DNA of 64,000 nucleotides from Desulfococcaceae bacterium (GCA_046541515.1 JBKHDD010000005.1:647-64646); one strand, 5' to 3'; positions 38,527 to 49,045 are shown, counted from the stretch's first letter. A program made the numbers and translations. Notes: a model not told the origin generated them from the letters alone.

Positions 38527-39504
38527 ATGATCGCGTTTTTCATTCGGCGCGTTGTCCAGGCCGTGTTCGTGATGCTGGTGATCAGCGTGATCGGGTTCAC
38601 CATCAAGCAGTCGGTGGGGGACCCGATCCGCGAAATCACCGGCATCTCGGTCTCGGCGGCGGAGCGGGAGGCCCTGCGGGACGAGCTGGGCCTCAACGAT
38701 CCGTTCCTTGTCCAGTGGGCGCGGTTCGTGGGAAAAGCGCTCCAGGGCGATCTGGGGAACTCCTTCTATTTCAAGCGGCCGGCCGCCCAGGTGATTCTCG
38801 GCAAGGCGCCGGCCACGCTTGAACTGGTGCTGGCCACCTCGATCCTGGTGATCGCGCTGTCCATTCCCATCGGCATCTTCGCGGCGGTGCAACCCCGACA
38901 TCCGCTCTCCCGCTTTTTCATGGGGGCCAGCATCGTCGGGGTCTCCATCCCCGTCTTTCTCACCGCCATCCTGCTTATCTACGTCTTTGCCGTCAACCTG
39001 AACTGGCTGCCCGCCTTCGGCCGCGGCGACACGGTGGAAATCTTTCCCGGCTGGTCCTCCGGCTTCGCCACCCTGGACGGCTGGACCCACCTGATCCTGC
39101 CCAGCATCTCCCTTGCCTCCATCATGCTGCCACTGTTCATCCGGCTGATCCGGGCGGAAATGAAAGAGGTGCTGGAGTCGGAGTACATCAAATACGCCCG
39201 GGCCAAGGGGCTGAAACGAAATCGAATTTTGTTCATCCACGCCTTCAGGAACACGCTGTTGCCGGTGATAACCGTGGGCGGCGTCCAGCTTGGCACCCTG
39301 ATCGCGTTTACGATTCTCACCGAAACCGTGTTCCAGTGGCAGGGCATGGGCTCCATGTTCATTGAATCGGTCCAGCGGGCGGACACCTCGCTGATGGTGG
39401 CCTATCTGGTTTTCGTGGGCTTCCTCTTCGTGGTGGTCAACACGGTGGTGGACCTGATTTACGGGCTGGTGAATCCCACCGTCCGAATCGCGGGGATGAA
39501 ATAG
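38527..39504 (+). CDS. ABC transporter permease (DppB/OppB-like)
   Basis: N-terminus MIAFFIRRVVQAVFVMLVISVIGFTI.., with the EAA-type loop YIKYARAKGLKRNRILFIHAFRNTLLPVITV. Confidence 0.9.
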   Translation: MIAFFIRRVVQAVFVMLVISVIGFTIKQSVGDPIREITGISVSAAEREALRDELGLNDPFLVQWARFVGKALQGDLGNSFYFKRPAAQVILGKAPATLELVLATSILVIALSIPIGIFAAVQPRHPLSRFFMGASIVGVSIPVFLTAILLIYVFAVNLNWLPAFGRGDTVEIFPGWSSGFATLDGWTHLILPSISLASIMLPLFIRLIRAEMKEVLESEYIKYARAKGLKRNRILFIHAFRNTLLPVITVGGVQLGTLIAFTILTETVFQWQGMGSMFIESVQRADTSLMVAYLVFVGFLFVVVNTVVDLIYGLVNPTVRIAGMK

Positions 39505-39506
39505 CC

Positions 39507-40427
39507 ATGGCCGGCCGACTGACCCGCATCCGAAAATCTTATTTTCTCCACAGCTTCGTTCGGGACCCCATCGCCCTGGCCAGTTTTCTCGCGCTGGCGG
39601 CGTTGATGATCGCCAGCTTCGGCGCCCCGGCGCTGGCCCCCCACGATCCCTACGATGCGCGCACCATCGACATCATGGATTCCGAGTTGCCGCCCATCTG
39701 GCTGGACAACGGCGACGGCCGGTTTCCGCTGGGGACCGACTCCCAGGGGCGAGACATGCTCTCCACCCTGCTGTACGGGATGCGGGTTTCCATCATCATC
39801 GGCCTGGGCGCGGTGGCGCTTCAGTCGCTGATCGGAATCGTGCTTGGCCTACTGGCCGGCTACAAAGGGAAACGGTTCGACGCCATCCTCATGCGGATGG
39901 CCGACGTGCAGCTTTCCTTTTCCACCTACATGGTGGCCATTTTCTTTGGCGCCCTCTTCCAGGCCGCCTTCGGCATGGGGCTGTACGAGGAGTTCGCCGT
40001 TCCGCTGTTGATTCTCATCATCGGCGTCGCGGAGTGGCCCCAATACGCCCGCACCGTCCGGGCCTCGGTGATGGCCGAAAAAAAGAAGGAATACGTGGAG
40101 GCCGCCCGGGTCATCGGCCTCTCCCCCACCCGGATCATGTGGCGGCAAATTCTGCCCAACGCCATGACGCCGGTGCTGGTCATCTCCACGGTGCAGGTGG
40201 CCAACGCCATCATGAGCGAAGCGGCCCTCTCCTTCATCGGGCTGGGCATGCCGGTGACCCGCCCCTCCCTGGGCTCCCTCATCAAGTCCGGCTTCGACTA
40301 CATCTTCTCCGGCTCCTGGTGGATCACCTTGTTCCCCGGCGTCGCCCTGGTGGTGCTGATCCTCTCCATCAATCTGCTGGGGGACTGGCTGCGGGACTTC
40401 CTCAATCCGAAGTTGTACAAGGAGTGA
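39507..40427 (+). CDS. ABC transporter permease (DppC/OppC-like)
   Basis: Contains ..PLGTDSQGRDMLSTLLYGMRVS.. and YVEAARVIGLSPTRIMWRQILPNAMTPVLV, typical of the second permease of peptide/nickel importers. Confidence 0.9.
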   Translation: MAGRLTRIRKSYFLHSFVRDPIALASFLALAALMIASFGAPALAPHDPYDARTIDIMDSELPPIWLDNGDGRFPLGTDSQGRDMLSTLLYGMRVSIIIGLGAVALQSLIGIVLGLLAGYKGKRFDAILMRMADVQLSFSTYMVAIFFGALFQAAFGMGLYEEFAVPLLILIIGVAEWPQYARTVRASVMAEKKKEYVEAARVIGLSPTRIMWRQILPNAMTPVLVISTVQVANAIMSEAALSFIGLGMPVTRPSLGSLIKSGFDYIFSGSWWITLFPGVALVVLILSINLLGDWLRDFLNPKLYKE

Positions 40428-40429
40428 CC

Positions 40430-41398
40430 GTGGCCACCGAACCGTTGCTGTCCGTCCGCGACCTCAACATCGGCTTCCGCCTCCGCCACGGGGTGCTTAC
40501 GGCCGTCCGCGGCGCCAGTTTCGACCTGGGCGAGAGCGAACGGCTGGGCATCGTGGGCGAATCCGGCGCCGGCAAGTCGGTGACCGGCTTCGGCATCATC
40601 AACATGGTCGGCAAGCCGGGCTGCATCGCCGGCGGCTCCATCCGGTTTCAAGGGCGGGAACTGACGACGCTGTCCGAAGAAGAAATGCGCCGCATCCGGG
40701 GCGACCGGATCAGCATGATCTTCCAGGACCCGATGATGACCCTGAACCCGGTGCTGACCATCGGCGATCAGATGATCGAAACCCTCCAGGCCCATCGGAA
40801 AATCTCCCGCAGGGACGCCGCCGAGATCGCCATGGACCGGATTCGAAAGGTGGCGATCCCCGCTCCGGAAAAGCGGATGAAACAGTATCCCCACGAATTT
40901 TCGGGCGGCATGCGCCAGCGGATCGTGATCGCCATCGCCCTGCTCACCTCTCCGGCCCTGATCATCGCCGACGAGCCGACCACGGCGCTGGACGTGACCA
41001 TCCAAGCCGACATCATGGCGCTGTTGCTGGAGCTGTGCCGGTCGGAAAAGATGGGGCTGATTCTCATCACCCACGATCTGGCGGTGGTCTCCCAGGTGGC
41101 CCAGCGGATCGCGGTGATGTACGCCGGCGCGGTGATGGAGCTGGGGGAGACCGAACAGATCATTTCCAATCCCCAGCACCCCTACACCCGGGGCCTGCTG
41201 GCCGCCCTGCCCCAGGTGGTGGACCGGCGGGGCCGATTGAACCAGATCCCCGGCGTCATGCCCAATCTCCTGGGCGTTCCCGAGGGCTGCCCCTTCAACA
41301 ATCGCTGTTCCTGGTGCGAAGACATCTGCCGCCGGGAAACGCCGCCGCTGACCCCCAAGGCCGCCGGTTGCCTGGCCGCCTGCCATCTGTTGGAGTGA
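40430..41398 (+). CDS. ABC transporter ATP-binding protein (DppD/OppD-like)
   Basis: GTG at 40430 lies 5 nt after AAGGAG; an in-frame GTG at 40424 is also possible. Has Walker [10 protein letters not shown], signature FSGGMRQR and Walker [13 protein letters not shown], plus the C-terminal oligopeptide-type extension ..HPYTRGLL. The track ORF start at 40034 overlaps the permease and was rejected. Confidence 0.88.
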   Translation: MATEPLLSVRDLNIGFRLRHGVLTAVRGASFDLGESERLGIVGESGAGKSVTGFGIINMVGKPGCIAGGSIRFQGRELTTLSEEEMRRIRGDRISMIFQDPMMTLNPVLTIGDQMIETLQAHRKISRRDAAEIAMDRIRKVAIPAPEKRMKQYPHEFSGGMRQRIVIAIALLTSPALIIADEPTTALDVTIQADIMALLLELCRSEKMGLILITHDLAVVSQVAQRIAVMYAGAVMELGETEQIISNPQHPYTRGLLAALPQVVDRRGRLNQIPGVMPNLLGVPEGCPFNNRCSWCEDICRRETPPLTPKAAGCLAACHLLE

Positions 41399-41408
41399 GA
41401 ACGCGACC

Positions 41409-42425
41409 ATGAACGACAACGTGCTGCTGAGCGTGAAAAACGTGGTCAAACACTTCGACATCACCGGCGGATGGCTGGAGCAGTTCCGGTTCGAAGGCGG
41501 GCGGATCTTGCGGCGGCCTTCCGTGGTCCATGCGGTCAACGGGGTGAGCTTCGACATTCGGGAGGGGGAAACGGTGAGCGTGGTGGGCGAGTCGGGCTGC
41601 GGGAAATCGACCCTGGCCCGGACGGTGGTGCGGCTCTATCCGCCAACCGGCGGAGAGGTGCACTACCGGGGTGCGCGGATCGATCACTTGTCCCGGCAGG
41701 AGCTGAAACCCTACCGGACGAAAATGCAGATGGTTTTCCAGGACCCCTACGCCTCGCTGAATCCCCGGATGACCCTGCGGCGGATTTTGGAAGAGCCGAT
41801 ACGGTTTCACCGGCCGGCGATGACCGACGGCGAGGTGCGGGACCGGGTGGCGGAGATCATGGAGCAGGTGGGCGTGGACCCCGGCTGGCGGGACCGGTAT
41901 CCCCACGAATTCTCCGGCGGCCAGCGCCAGCGGATTTCCATCGCCCGGGCCCTGGCCGTGGACCCGGAGTTCATCGTGGCCGACGAGCCCATCGCGGCGT
42001 TGGACGTCTCCATCCAGGCCCAGATCCTCAACCTGATGATGGACTTGCAGGAGCGGCGGGGGCTGACCTATTTTTTCATCAGCCACGATTTGTCGGTGGT
42101 GGAGCACATTTCCAGCCGGGTGGCCGTGATGTATCTGGGCACTCTTTGCGAGCTGGCCGAAACCGACGAGTTGTTCGAAAACCCCCGCCATCCCTACACC
42201 CGGGCGCTTCTCTCCGCCATTCCCAAACTGGGCGCGGAGGGCTTCCGGCACGAGCGGCTGAAAGGCGACGTGCCCACCCCCATCGACCTCCCCGCCGGCT
42301 GCGTCTTCCGCGGCCGCTGCCCGCACTCCGACGGCGCCCGCTGCGTCAACGAAATCCCGGAAATCCGCGAATACGAATCCGGCGCGCGGGTGGCGTGTCA
42401 CGGGGTGGAGGAAGGGCGGATCTGA
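41409..42425 (+). CDS. ABC transporter ATP-binding protein (DppF/OppF-like)
   Basis: Walker A GESGCGKST, signature FSGGQRQR, Walker B FIVADEPIAALD, and C-terminal ..HPYTRALLSAIP... Confidence 0.9.
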   Translation: MNDNVLLSVKNVVKHFDITGGWLEQFRFEGGRILRRPSVVHAVNGVSFDIREGETVSVVGESGCGKSTLARTVVRLYPPTGGEVHYRGARIDHLSRQELKPYRTKMQMVFQDPYASLNPRMTLRRILEEPIRFHRPAMTDGEVRDRVAEIMEQVGVDPGWRDRYPHEFSGGQRQRISIARALAVDPEFIVADEPIAALDVSIQAQILNLMMDLQERRGLTYFFISHDLSVVEHISSRVAVMYLGTLCELAETDELFENPRHPYTRALLSAIPKLGAEGFRHERLKGDVPTPIDLPAGCVFRGRCPHSDGARCVNEIPEIREYESGARVACHGVEEGRI

Positions 42426-42561
42426 CTTCGGTTCAACGCCTTTTCAACCGGAAGGTGGACTGGGCCATCCGACTTCTTCCCGAAACGGTTGCGGTTTTCG
42501 CGATCTCCCAGACGGACCGGCGGAAATTTGCGAAAGCCTCCGAATTTGGGCGCCCCGCCGA

Positions 42562-44709
42562 TCAGGAAGGAATCGCCCTTTCCCTGGGCAACGCCACCGC
42601 AAACGTGCTCCCCTCCCCCGGGCGGCTTTCCAGGAAAATTTCTCCGCCGTGGAGGTGGACCAGGCGGCGGACCAGGGCGAGACCGAGGCCGGTGCCGTCC
42701 TGGGAGCGGGCGAAGCCGCCGTCCACCTGGGTGAACGGCTCGAAAATTTGCTCCAGGGCCTCGGGTTCGATCCCGATGCCCGTATCCCTCACCCGAAAAC
42801 AGACCCGCCCCGGTTCGGTTCGGTCTTCCACCGTCAGCGTGACCATTCCGCCTTCGGGCGTGAATTTGACCGCGTTGGAAAGCAGGTTGACCAGAATCTG
42901 CTTCAATCGGCGCTGATCGGCGAGAATCGTCTCCGTCCGGCCGTTGAAGCGGGAGTAAAGCGTGATCCCTTTCTTCTCCGCCGGGGCGCGGACCATCCGG
43001 AGGCTGCTTTCGCAGATGTCCGGCACCGAAACCGGCGTCACCTCCAACTCCAGCTTTCCCGCTTCGATTTTGGAAATGTCAAGGATGTCGTTGATCAGGG
43101 CCAGGAGATGATTGCCGGCGCGCTCAATGATTTCCAGGCTGTGCAACTGCTTTTGGTTCAGGGGGCCGTAGACTTGATCCTGCAAAGCCTCCGTCATGCC
43201 CAGGACCGCCGTCAACGGAGTCCGAAGTTCGTGGCTCATGTTGGCCAGGAATTCGTCTTTGAGGCGAGCCGCCTTGGCCAGCTCCAGGTTGGCCGCCTCC
43301 AGCTCCCGGGTCCGATCTCCCACGCGGTCCGCCAGGAGGGTCCGTTCCGCCTCCAAGGCGGAACGCATCCGTTGCCGGGCCAAAAAGGAGCCGACCATTT
43401 CGGCGGCGGTTTTGAGCGTCATCACCTCTCCCGCGTCCCATCGCCGGAAATGCGCGCCATCTTCCAGGCCCAAAAAGCCGTAGAGGTCATGCCCCGTCCG
43501 GACCGGGAGCAAAAGGACCGAGCGGGCTTTCCGGCCGGAAAAAAACCAGCGCTCCTCGGGGGGAAATCCACTGACGGCCCCCAGCACGGGGCGATCTTCG
43601 GCGAAGGCCGCAAGCCAACGCTGCAGCCCTTCGTTGAAATGAATGGCTTTCTCGGGAGGGGCCGAACAAGCGGTCTCCCCTTCCCCTCTCCGGATTTCGG
43701 CCACCCCGCGGGCCATCGGTTCGCCGGCGCCATCCTTCTGGTTTTCGTAAAGAAATACGTGACTGGCGCCGGAGGCTTCCATCAGGTGCTCCAATCCGGT
43801 TTCGAGGGCTTCGGGCGAATCGGACAGCAAGGCCCGGGAGCAGGCGGAAAGGCCCTGCTCGTATCGCAAACGCTGGTTCAGCGCCAGTTCGTAGGTTTTT
43901 CGCTGGGAAATATCCCGGGCCGAAACAAAAATTCCGCAAACCCGCCCCTCCTCGTCTCGGACGGGCGTTTTCGTAACGCTGACCCACTCGAGACCCCGGG
44001 GGCCAATCACCTGTTGATCCAAGATCAGCGGCTCGCCGGTTTCCAGAACCTTTTGATCTTCTTCCAAGAACACGCGCGCCTGTTCCGGAGGAAAAAAATC
44101 CAAATCGCCTCGGCCCAGAATTCCGGACCGATCCCGCCAGAGAAATTTGCAGAAAGCCGCGTTGGCCGCCCGATAAATGCCGTTCAAATCCTTGACCATC
44201 ACCAGATCGGGCGTCGCCTCAAACATTGCGTACAGCAACTCGTCACGGCCGCGAAAAAAGCTGAAATTCTCTCGATCGGCCAAAGCCGGCGAAACCCTTT
44301 TCGGCGGGGGCGGGTCCGGCTTGGCGGGAAACGTTCCGCCCAGTCGGGCCGCCTTCTGCACGGCGGACCGCAAGTCGGGGGGCTCAAAGGGACGAAACAG
44401 CGGGATGCCCGGTCCGGCGGCCAACCGGCGACAGGCCGCCACATCCGCCGGATGGGTGAGGAATACCAGGGACGGAGATTCCCCCGCCGCGTCCCGAATT
44501 CCATCGGCTTCGGCCGGGTCCGCGGGGCGTGGCCGGTCCAGGTCGACCAACACCACGTCGGGCCGTTCCGGGGCGCGGGGCAAAAGCGTTTGGGCCGCGA
44601 GAATGTCCGCCGCCATACCAACCACCGCGTATCCGGCGTCGTTCAGCATGTTGGCGAGGGCTTCGGCGGGACCGGGATCCCCTCCGACCAGATACACATG
44701 CAGGGTCAT
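42562..44709 (-). CDS. cytoplasmic sensor histidine kinase: atypical receiver-like N-domain, PAS, GAF-like, HisKA, HATPase
   Basis: N-domain: VYLVGGD..VVLVDLDRP..VFLTHP..LFRPF (receiver-like, with a non-canonical acidic pair and Arg in place of the conserved Lys). PAS: LLYAMFEATPDLVMVKDLNG..ISQRK. H-box FLANMSHELRTPLTAV. N/G boxes NLLSNAVKF..DTGIGI..GTGLGLALV. Confidence 0.88.
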   Translation of the reverse strand: MTLHVYLVGGDPGPAEALANMLNDAGYAVVGMAADILAAQTLLPRAPERPDVVLVDLDRPRPADPAEADGIRDAAGESPSLVFLTHPADVAACRRLAAGPGIPLFRPFEPPDLRSAVQKAARLGGTFPAKPDPPPPKRVSPALADRENFSFFRGRDELLYAMFEATPDLVMVKDLNGIYRAANAAFCKFLWRDRSGILGRGDLDFFPPEQARVFLEEDQKVLETGEPLILDQQVIGPRGLEWVSVTKTPVRDEEGRVCGIFVSARDISQRKTYELALNQRLRYEQGLSACSRALLSDSPEALETGLEHLMEASGASHVFLYENQKDGAGEPMARGVAEIRRGEGETACSAPPEKAIHFNEGLQRWLAAFAEDRPVLGAVSGFPPEERWFFSGRKARSVLLLPVRTGHDLYGFLGLEDGAHFRRWDAGEVMTLKTAAEMVGSFLARQRMRSALEAERTLLADRVGDRTRELEAANLELAKAARLKDEFLANMSHELRTPLTAVLGMTEALQDQVYGPLNQKQLHSLEIIERAGNHLLALINDILDISKIEAGKLELEVTPVSVPDICESSLRMVRAPAEKKGITLYSRFNGRTETILADQRRLKQILVNLLSNAVKFTPEGGMVTLTVEDRTEPGRVCFRVRDTGIGIEPEALEQIFEPFTQVDGGFARSQDGTGLGLALVRRLVHLHGGEIFLESRPGEGSTFAVALPRERAIPS

Positions 44710-46172
44710 TCTTCTTCCCGACAGTTCCGGGTTGGGATCACCATTTCCACCACCAGCCCCTCCCGGTCGGCGCGATTGGCGGCCCGACAGGTCCCGCCCG
44801 CCTCCCAGACGACCACCGCGACCATGGAAAGCCCCAACCCCATTCCGGGCACCTCTCCGGTCTGGTCCTTGTCCCCCTGATAGTAGGGATACCAGATTCT
44901 TCCCAGCTGAAGCGGAGAAAGCCGGATTCCGTCGTCGGTTACGCGGGTTCGAATTCCCTCGGGGGTCGAATCCATCTGAATTCCCACGGCAGGGCGTTTT
45001 TCGGGATGAAATTTCCAGGCGTTTTCCAGCAATTCCAACAAAAGATCCTGGAAGAGCGGGCGGGAAAGGGGGATTTCAACCGATGCCAGGTCCGCCGGAA
45101 ACGCCACCGTCGGCGGTTCGATTCCCAGCGAAGCGGCCGCCTCTTTGGCCAGCCCGCCAATTTCCCCCACCGTGCAACGCTCGGCCCAGCACAATCCGGC
45201 GGAAGTTGTTTGAATATAACGGAAAATATCCAAAATTTCCCTCTGGAGCCGATGCGCGCTGTCGGCCGCCATTTGCGTGAACTCCGCTCGTTCCGAAGGC
45301 TCCATCATTTCCGACTCCGCGACCAGCAGATCCAGGGCGCCGGTCAGCCCGTTGAGCGGGGTCTTGAGCTTGTGGCTGATCTGGCGGTGAAGAGACCAGG
45401 TCATTTTTCGTCCGTCCACCTGGCTCGTCACGTCCCGCAACCGGACCAGGAAGGGTTCCGCCTCCCGGCCGGAAGCGGGCATCAGATCCACCTGGAGCCA
45501 CAGCGCGTTGGCGGCCAGGCAGTCCGGGCGAACCAGATACCGGGGCGCCTCGGCGGGTTCCGGCCAGTTTTCCCAAAGGGATTCGGGGCGTCGCCGGTAC
45601 TCCGGAAGGGCCAGTTCGGGAAACGGCGTCTCCGGCAAGGATTCACCCGACGCGTTCTCCGGCAAGGAGAGAAACCGGCGGGCCTGTGGATTGGCGTACA
45701 GGATCCGTCGTTCCGGCGAAAGGGCCAAAAAGCCGTCGTCGTCCTGCTCCACCACCCATTGGAAGCGACTGCGTTCGTAGACGAGTCGCCGATACCGGTT
45801 GAGGCGCAACAGCGTTCGGACCTGGGCGCGGAGTTCTCCCCGGTTGAAAGGCTTGGACAAAAAATTGTCGGCGCCGGCCTCGATGCCATCCAGACGAGAT
45901 TGGGCGTCGTCCAGGGCCGTGACCATTATGATCGGGATTTCGGAGGTCTTCGGGTCCTCGCGAAGGTTTCGGCACACTTCCTGACCGTTCATGCCCGGCA
46001 TCATCACGTCCAGCAGGATCAGGTCCGGCGGGGTTTCCCGCGCCATTTCCAGGGCCTGGGACCCGTTTTCGGCGAAGCGCAGGCGATAGCTTTCCGAATG
46101 CAGCAGGGCCGCCAGGGTGTCCCGCGCGGATTCGGTGTCGTCAACAATCAGAATGTCCGGCTCGCTGGCCAT
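44706..46172 (-). CDS. receiver-sensor histidine kinase fusion (REC, PAS-like linker, HisKA-like, HATPase)
   Basis: REC: DILIVDDTESARD..LILLDVMMPGMNG..IMVTAL..FLSKPF. H-box-like QISHKLKTPLNGL. N box LLENAWKF and G2 GMGLGLSMV. Its stop overlaps the next start (ATGA at 44706-44709). Confidence 0.85.
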   Translation of the reverse strand: MASEPDILIVDDTESARDTLAALLHSESYRLRFAENGSQALEMARETPPDLILLDVMMPGMNGQEVCRNLREDPKTSEIPIIMVTALDDAQSRLDGIEAGADNFLSKPFNRGELRAQVRTLLRLNRYRRLVYERSRFQWVVEQDDDGFLALSPERRILYANPQARRFLSLPENASGESLPETPFPELALPEYRRRPESLWENWPEPAEAPRYLVRPDCLAANALWLQVDLMPASGREAEPFLVRLRDVTSQVDGRKMTWSLHRQISHKLKTPLNGLTGALDLLVAESEMMEPSERAEFTQMAADSAHRLQREILDIFRYIQTTSAGLCWAERCTVGEIGGLAKEAAASLGIEPPTVAFPADLASVEIPLSRPLFQDLLLELLENAWKFHPEKRPAVGIQMDSTPEGIRTRVTDDGIRLSPLQLGRIWYPYYQGDKDQTGEVPGMGLGLSMVAVVVWEAGGTCRAANRADREGLVVEMVIPTRNCREEE

Positions 46173-47736
46173 GAGAATTCTCCGGAGAAAGGGCGAGAAA
46201 GTTTTCCACCGTTTTAATCAGGGTTCGAAGTCGGACGGGCTTGCTCATGTAGGCGTTGGCGCCGGCCGAAAGGCACCGTTCCCGGTCTCCGGCCATGGCC
46301 AGCGCCGTAATGGCGATCACGGGAACAAAGCGCAATTGGGGGTCGGCGCGAAGATTCCGAATGGCTTCCAGGCCGTCCATATCCGGCATTTGCACATCCA
46401 TTAACATCAGGTCCGGCGGGTTTTGACGAGCGCCCTCCAGGGCTTCGCGACCGGTGAGGGCGGTCCGGACGGCGTAGCCCCGGGATCGGACATAATCGGC
46501 CATGACGGCGGCGCTTTCCGGATTATCCTCGGCGAGGAGAATGGTTGCTTTGGAAGGCGCTCCATCCGCCGCTTCGGCCGGTTTGCGGGAAACGATCTCC
46601 GAGGAATCCTTGGTCTGGCGGTCGGGGAGAGAAAGGGTAAAGCGGTTTCCGGATTCGAGGTGGCATTCCACCGTTATCTGGCCGCCCAACAAGGCGGACA
46701 ATCGCCATGCCATGGGAAACGAAAGGTCGATGTCGCCGGGCGTCTGGATGTCCGGAAAGGCGTCGCCGGAAAGGAAACGCTCCAAGGTTTTCTCGGAGAT
46801 GGCGATCCCCTCCCGGGACAGGGAAAGGCGGAAACGGTTTTCCGCCCGCACGGCGTCCAGGAGGATGGGCCGATCGGGCGCGCCGTCCTTGGCGTATCGG
46901 GCCAATTCCATCAGAATCCGGACCGCCATTTCCGGGTCGGTCCAGATCGTTTCCCCGGGAAGAACATCCCGGATCAACGGGGGCGGCTCCGCCGGGTATT
47001 CCGCGGCGAGACGTTCCCGGCAGGTCCGCAACAATTCGGAAACGGCCACCGGCTCCTTTTGAGCCGTCCGCCGTCCATTTTGAATATGCGCCAGTTCCAG
47101 CAAATCCTCCGAAAACCGAAGCAGGCGACCGATTCTTTCCCGGGACAAGGATGGATCGCCCCCGGCGCTTCCTTCCGATTCCCCGGATTCATCGTGGATG
47201 AGGTTCAGCTCCGCCGTCAGCCGGCGGGCCAGACCCAGAAAGAACCGGTCCATGCTTTTCAACCGCCGACTCAGCGCCTCCTTTTCCGCGTGCAACCGGC
47301 GGGTCCGCGCAGCGACTTTCCGCGACTTTTCGGACCGTTCCCGCCCCAACTCACGGCTTGCGGCCACTCGTTCGGAAGCGCGTTTCACGGTGACCAGAAG
47401 CTGGTCGATTTCACAAGGCTTGCGCAGGTAGCCGTAGGCCCCCAAATTGACCGCCTCGACGGCCGAATCCCGGGAGGCGTGACCGGCAAGAACGATGCAC
47501 TGGGTGCCCGGAGAGAACGTCCGAAGATAACGGATGATTTCCAGCCCGTCGATTTGCGGCGTCCGAAGGTCGATCAGGCCGACGGCGAAGGCGCGCCGAG
47601 CCAGAAGCGGCTTCACCCGCTCCGGCGCTCCCGCGATCGTCACCTTGAATCCCTCTGCTTTCAAAAAAGAGGCCAGGGCTTCCCGGAACAATTCGTCGTC
47701 GTCGACGATCAATACCGATTGAGGATCAATTTCCAT
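46141..47736 (-). CDS. REC - degenerate (pseudo) histidine-kinase core - REC protein
   Basis: ATG at 47736. REC1: VLIVDDDELFRE..GLIDLRTPQIDG..LRKP. The middle has HK-like length and order, but the H-box position reads FFLGLARRLTAEL, the N-box position reads ILMELARYAKDG, and the G boxes are degenerate. REC2: ILLAEDNPESAA..LMLMDVQMPDMDG..AITAL..YMSKP. The first ~490 codons of track ORF 46141..49209 are out-of-frame read-through and were trimmed. Confidence 0.8.
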   Translation of the reverse strand: MEIDPQSVLIVDDDELFREALASFLKAEGFKVTIAGAPERVKPLLARRAFAVGLIDLRTPQIDGLEIIRYLRTFSPGTQCIVLAGHASRDSAVEAVNLGAYGYLRKPCEIDQLLVTVKRASERVAASRELGRERSEKSRKVAARTRRLHAEKEALSRRLKSMDRFFLGLARRLTAELNLIHDESGESEGSAGGDPSLSRERIGRLLRFSEDLLELAHIQNGRRTAQKEPVAVSELLRTCRERLAAEYPAEPPPLIRDVLPGETIWTDPEMAVRILMELARYAKDGAPDRPILLDAVRAENRFRLSLSREGIAISEKTLERFLSGDAFPDIQTPGDIDLSFPMAWRLSALLGGQITVECHLESGNRFTLSLPDRQTKDSSEIVSRKPAEAADGAPSKATILLAEDNPESAAVMADYVRSRGYAVRTALTGREALEGARQNPPDLMLMDVQMPDMDGLEAIRNLRADPQLRFVPVIAITALAMAGDRERCLSAGANAYMSKPVRLRTLIKTVENFLALSPENSHGQRAGHSDC

Positions 47737-47786
47737 TTGTTTCCATGAATCCCGCCGATACGGTTCGAGGGACCTCGCCATTCCCT

Positions 47787-48899
47787 TTACAACTGGATGG
47801 TAAACACGGAACCCCGGGGTTCGTTGGCCTCCGCGAAAATGCGTCCGCCATGGGCTTCCACCACCATTTTGCAAAAAACCAATCCCAGTCCGTATTGCGG
47901 GATGCCCCGTCGTTTCATGTCGGCCACTTCGTATTTTTCGAAAACCCGTTCCCGGCGCCCCTCCGGAATGCCGGGGCCTTCGTCCATCACCCGGACGACG
48001 AGGGCCGGAAATGGACCGGCCTCCTCCCCTGCGACCTCCGCCGGGGAAGGATACCGGGCCCGGATGGTGATCTGCCCCTCGTCCGGAGAAAATTTGATGG
48101 CGTTGCCGATCAGGTTGTCGAAAACCCGGTGCATGAGATTGGGGTCCAACAAAAGGGTCCGGGACTCGTCGGGAAGGTCGTCCACCACCGACACGTCCCG
48201 TCCAATGGCCATTGCGCGGCCGTGGCCCACCGCCGTTCGCAGCAGGTCGGCCACGTCGACGGGTTCCCGCTGGAGGATCGGGTTGCCCGCTTCCATCTTT
48301 GCCAGCATGAGCATGTCGGTCAGGTAATTGTTTAAGCGACCGCCCTGCTCCCGAATTTTTTCGAGACCCCGGTCCGCCTCGGGGGAAAGCCGCCCGGAAA
48401 GTTTCAGAGAAAGAAATTCGCTCATTCCCATGATGACGGAAACGGGGCTCTTCATGTCGTGGACGATCATGTGGGCCAACTCTTCCCGAAGCCGAAGATT
48501 GTCCAGCAACTGGTCGTAAAGCCGCTTGATGCGGAGCATGGAACGGGCCCGCACCCGAAGTTCGCTTCCGCGAACCGGCTTGGAAAGAAATTCGTCGGCC
48601 CCGGCCTGAAACCCGCTCTCCAAGTCCCGGCGACTTTCCAGGGCGGTGACCAGAATGACGGGAATGGGCGAGGTTTCGGGGTTTCCCTTCAGGGTCCGGC
48701 ACACCTCGAATCCGTCCATGCCCGGCATCATCACGTCCAGCAAAATCAGGTCCGGGGCCTGGGCCGCCACCTGTTCCAGGGCTTCGGGACCGTTTCGGGC
48801 GAATCGGAGGCGAAAGGGCTCGGCGGCAAGGAGCGCTTCGAACGTGCTGCGGGCGCCGGGATCGTCGTCCACGACCAGCACGTCGGCGGTTTGGTTCAT
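47787..48899 (-). CDS. receiver-histidine kinase fusion (REC-HisKA-HATPase), cytoplasmic
   Basis: ATG at 48899. REC: VLVVDDDPGARS..LILLDVMMPGMDG..ILVTAL..FLSKPV. H-box MIVHDMKSPVSVI. N/G boxes DNLIGNAIKF..DEGPGIP..GLGLVFCK. Confidence 0.9.
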   Translation of the reverse strand: MNQTADVLVVDDDPGARSTFEALLAAEPFRLRFARNGPEALEQVAAQAPDLILLDVMMPGMDGFEVCRTLKGNPETSPIPVILVTALESRRDLESGFQAGADEFLSKPVRGSELRVRARSMLRIKRLYDQLLDNLRLREELAHMIVHDMKSPVSVIMGMSEFLSLKLSGRLSPEADRGLEKIREQGGRLNNYLTDMLMLAKMEAGNPILQREPVDVADLLRTAVGHGRAMAIGRDVSVVDDLPDESRTLLLDPNLMHRVFDNLIGNAIKFSPDEGQITIRARYPSPAEVAGEEAGPFPALVVRVMDEGPGIPEGRRERVFEKYEVADMKRRGIPQYGLGLVFCKMVVEAHGGRIFAEANEPRGSVFTIQL

Positions 48900-49045
48900 G
48901 GCGGAATCCTTTCCGGAAAGGGCGCGACGAGGCGTCAACGGATTTTCGGATTGTGATCGCGGGGCGCGGGACGGCCGCTCGTCGGCCGAGGGGGGCACGG
49001 CGTCGAGGCGGAATCGGGGACGAAGGGCGCCCGGGGATATCGGAT

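Noticed and set aside
40034-40429. 132-codon N-terminal extension of the ABC ATPase ORF.
   Set aside because: It lies entirely within the permease gene in another frame and has an Arg/Pro/Gly-rich translation. The conserved ATPase sequence begins at the GTG at 40430, after an AAGGAG.
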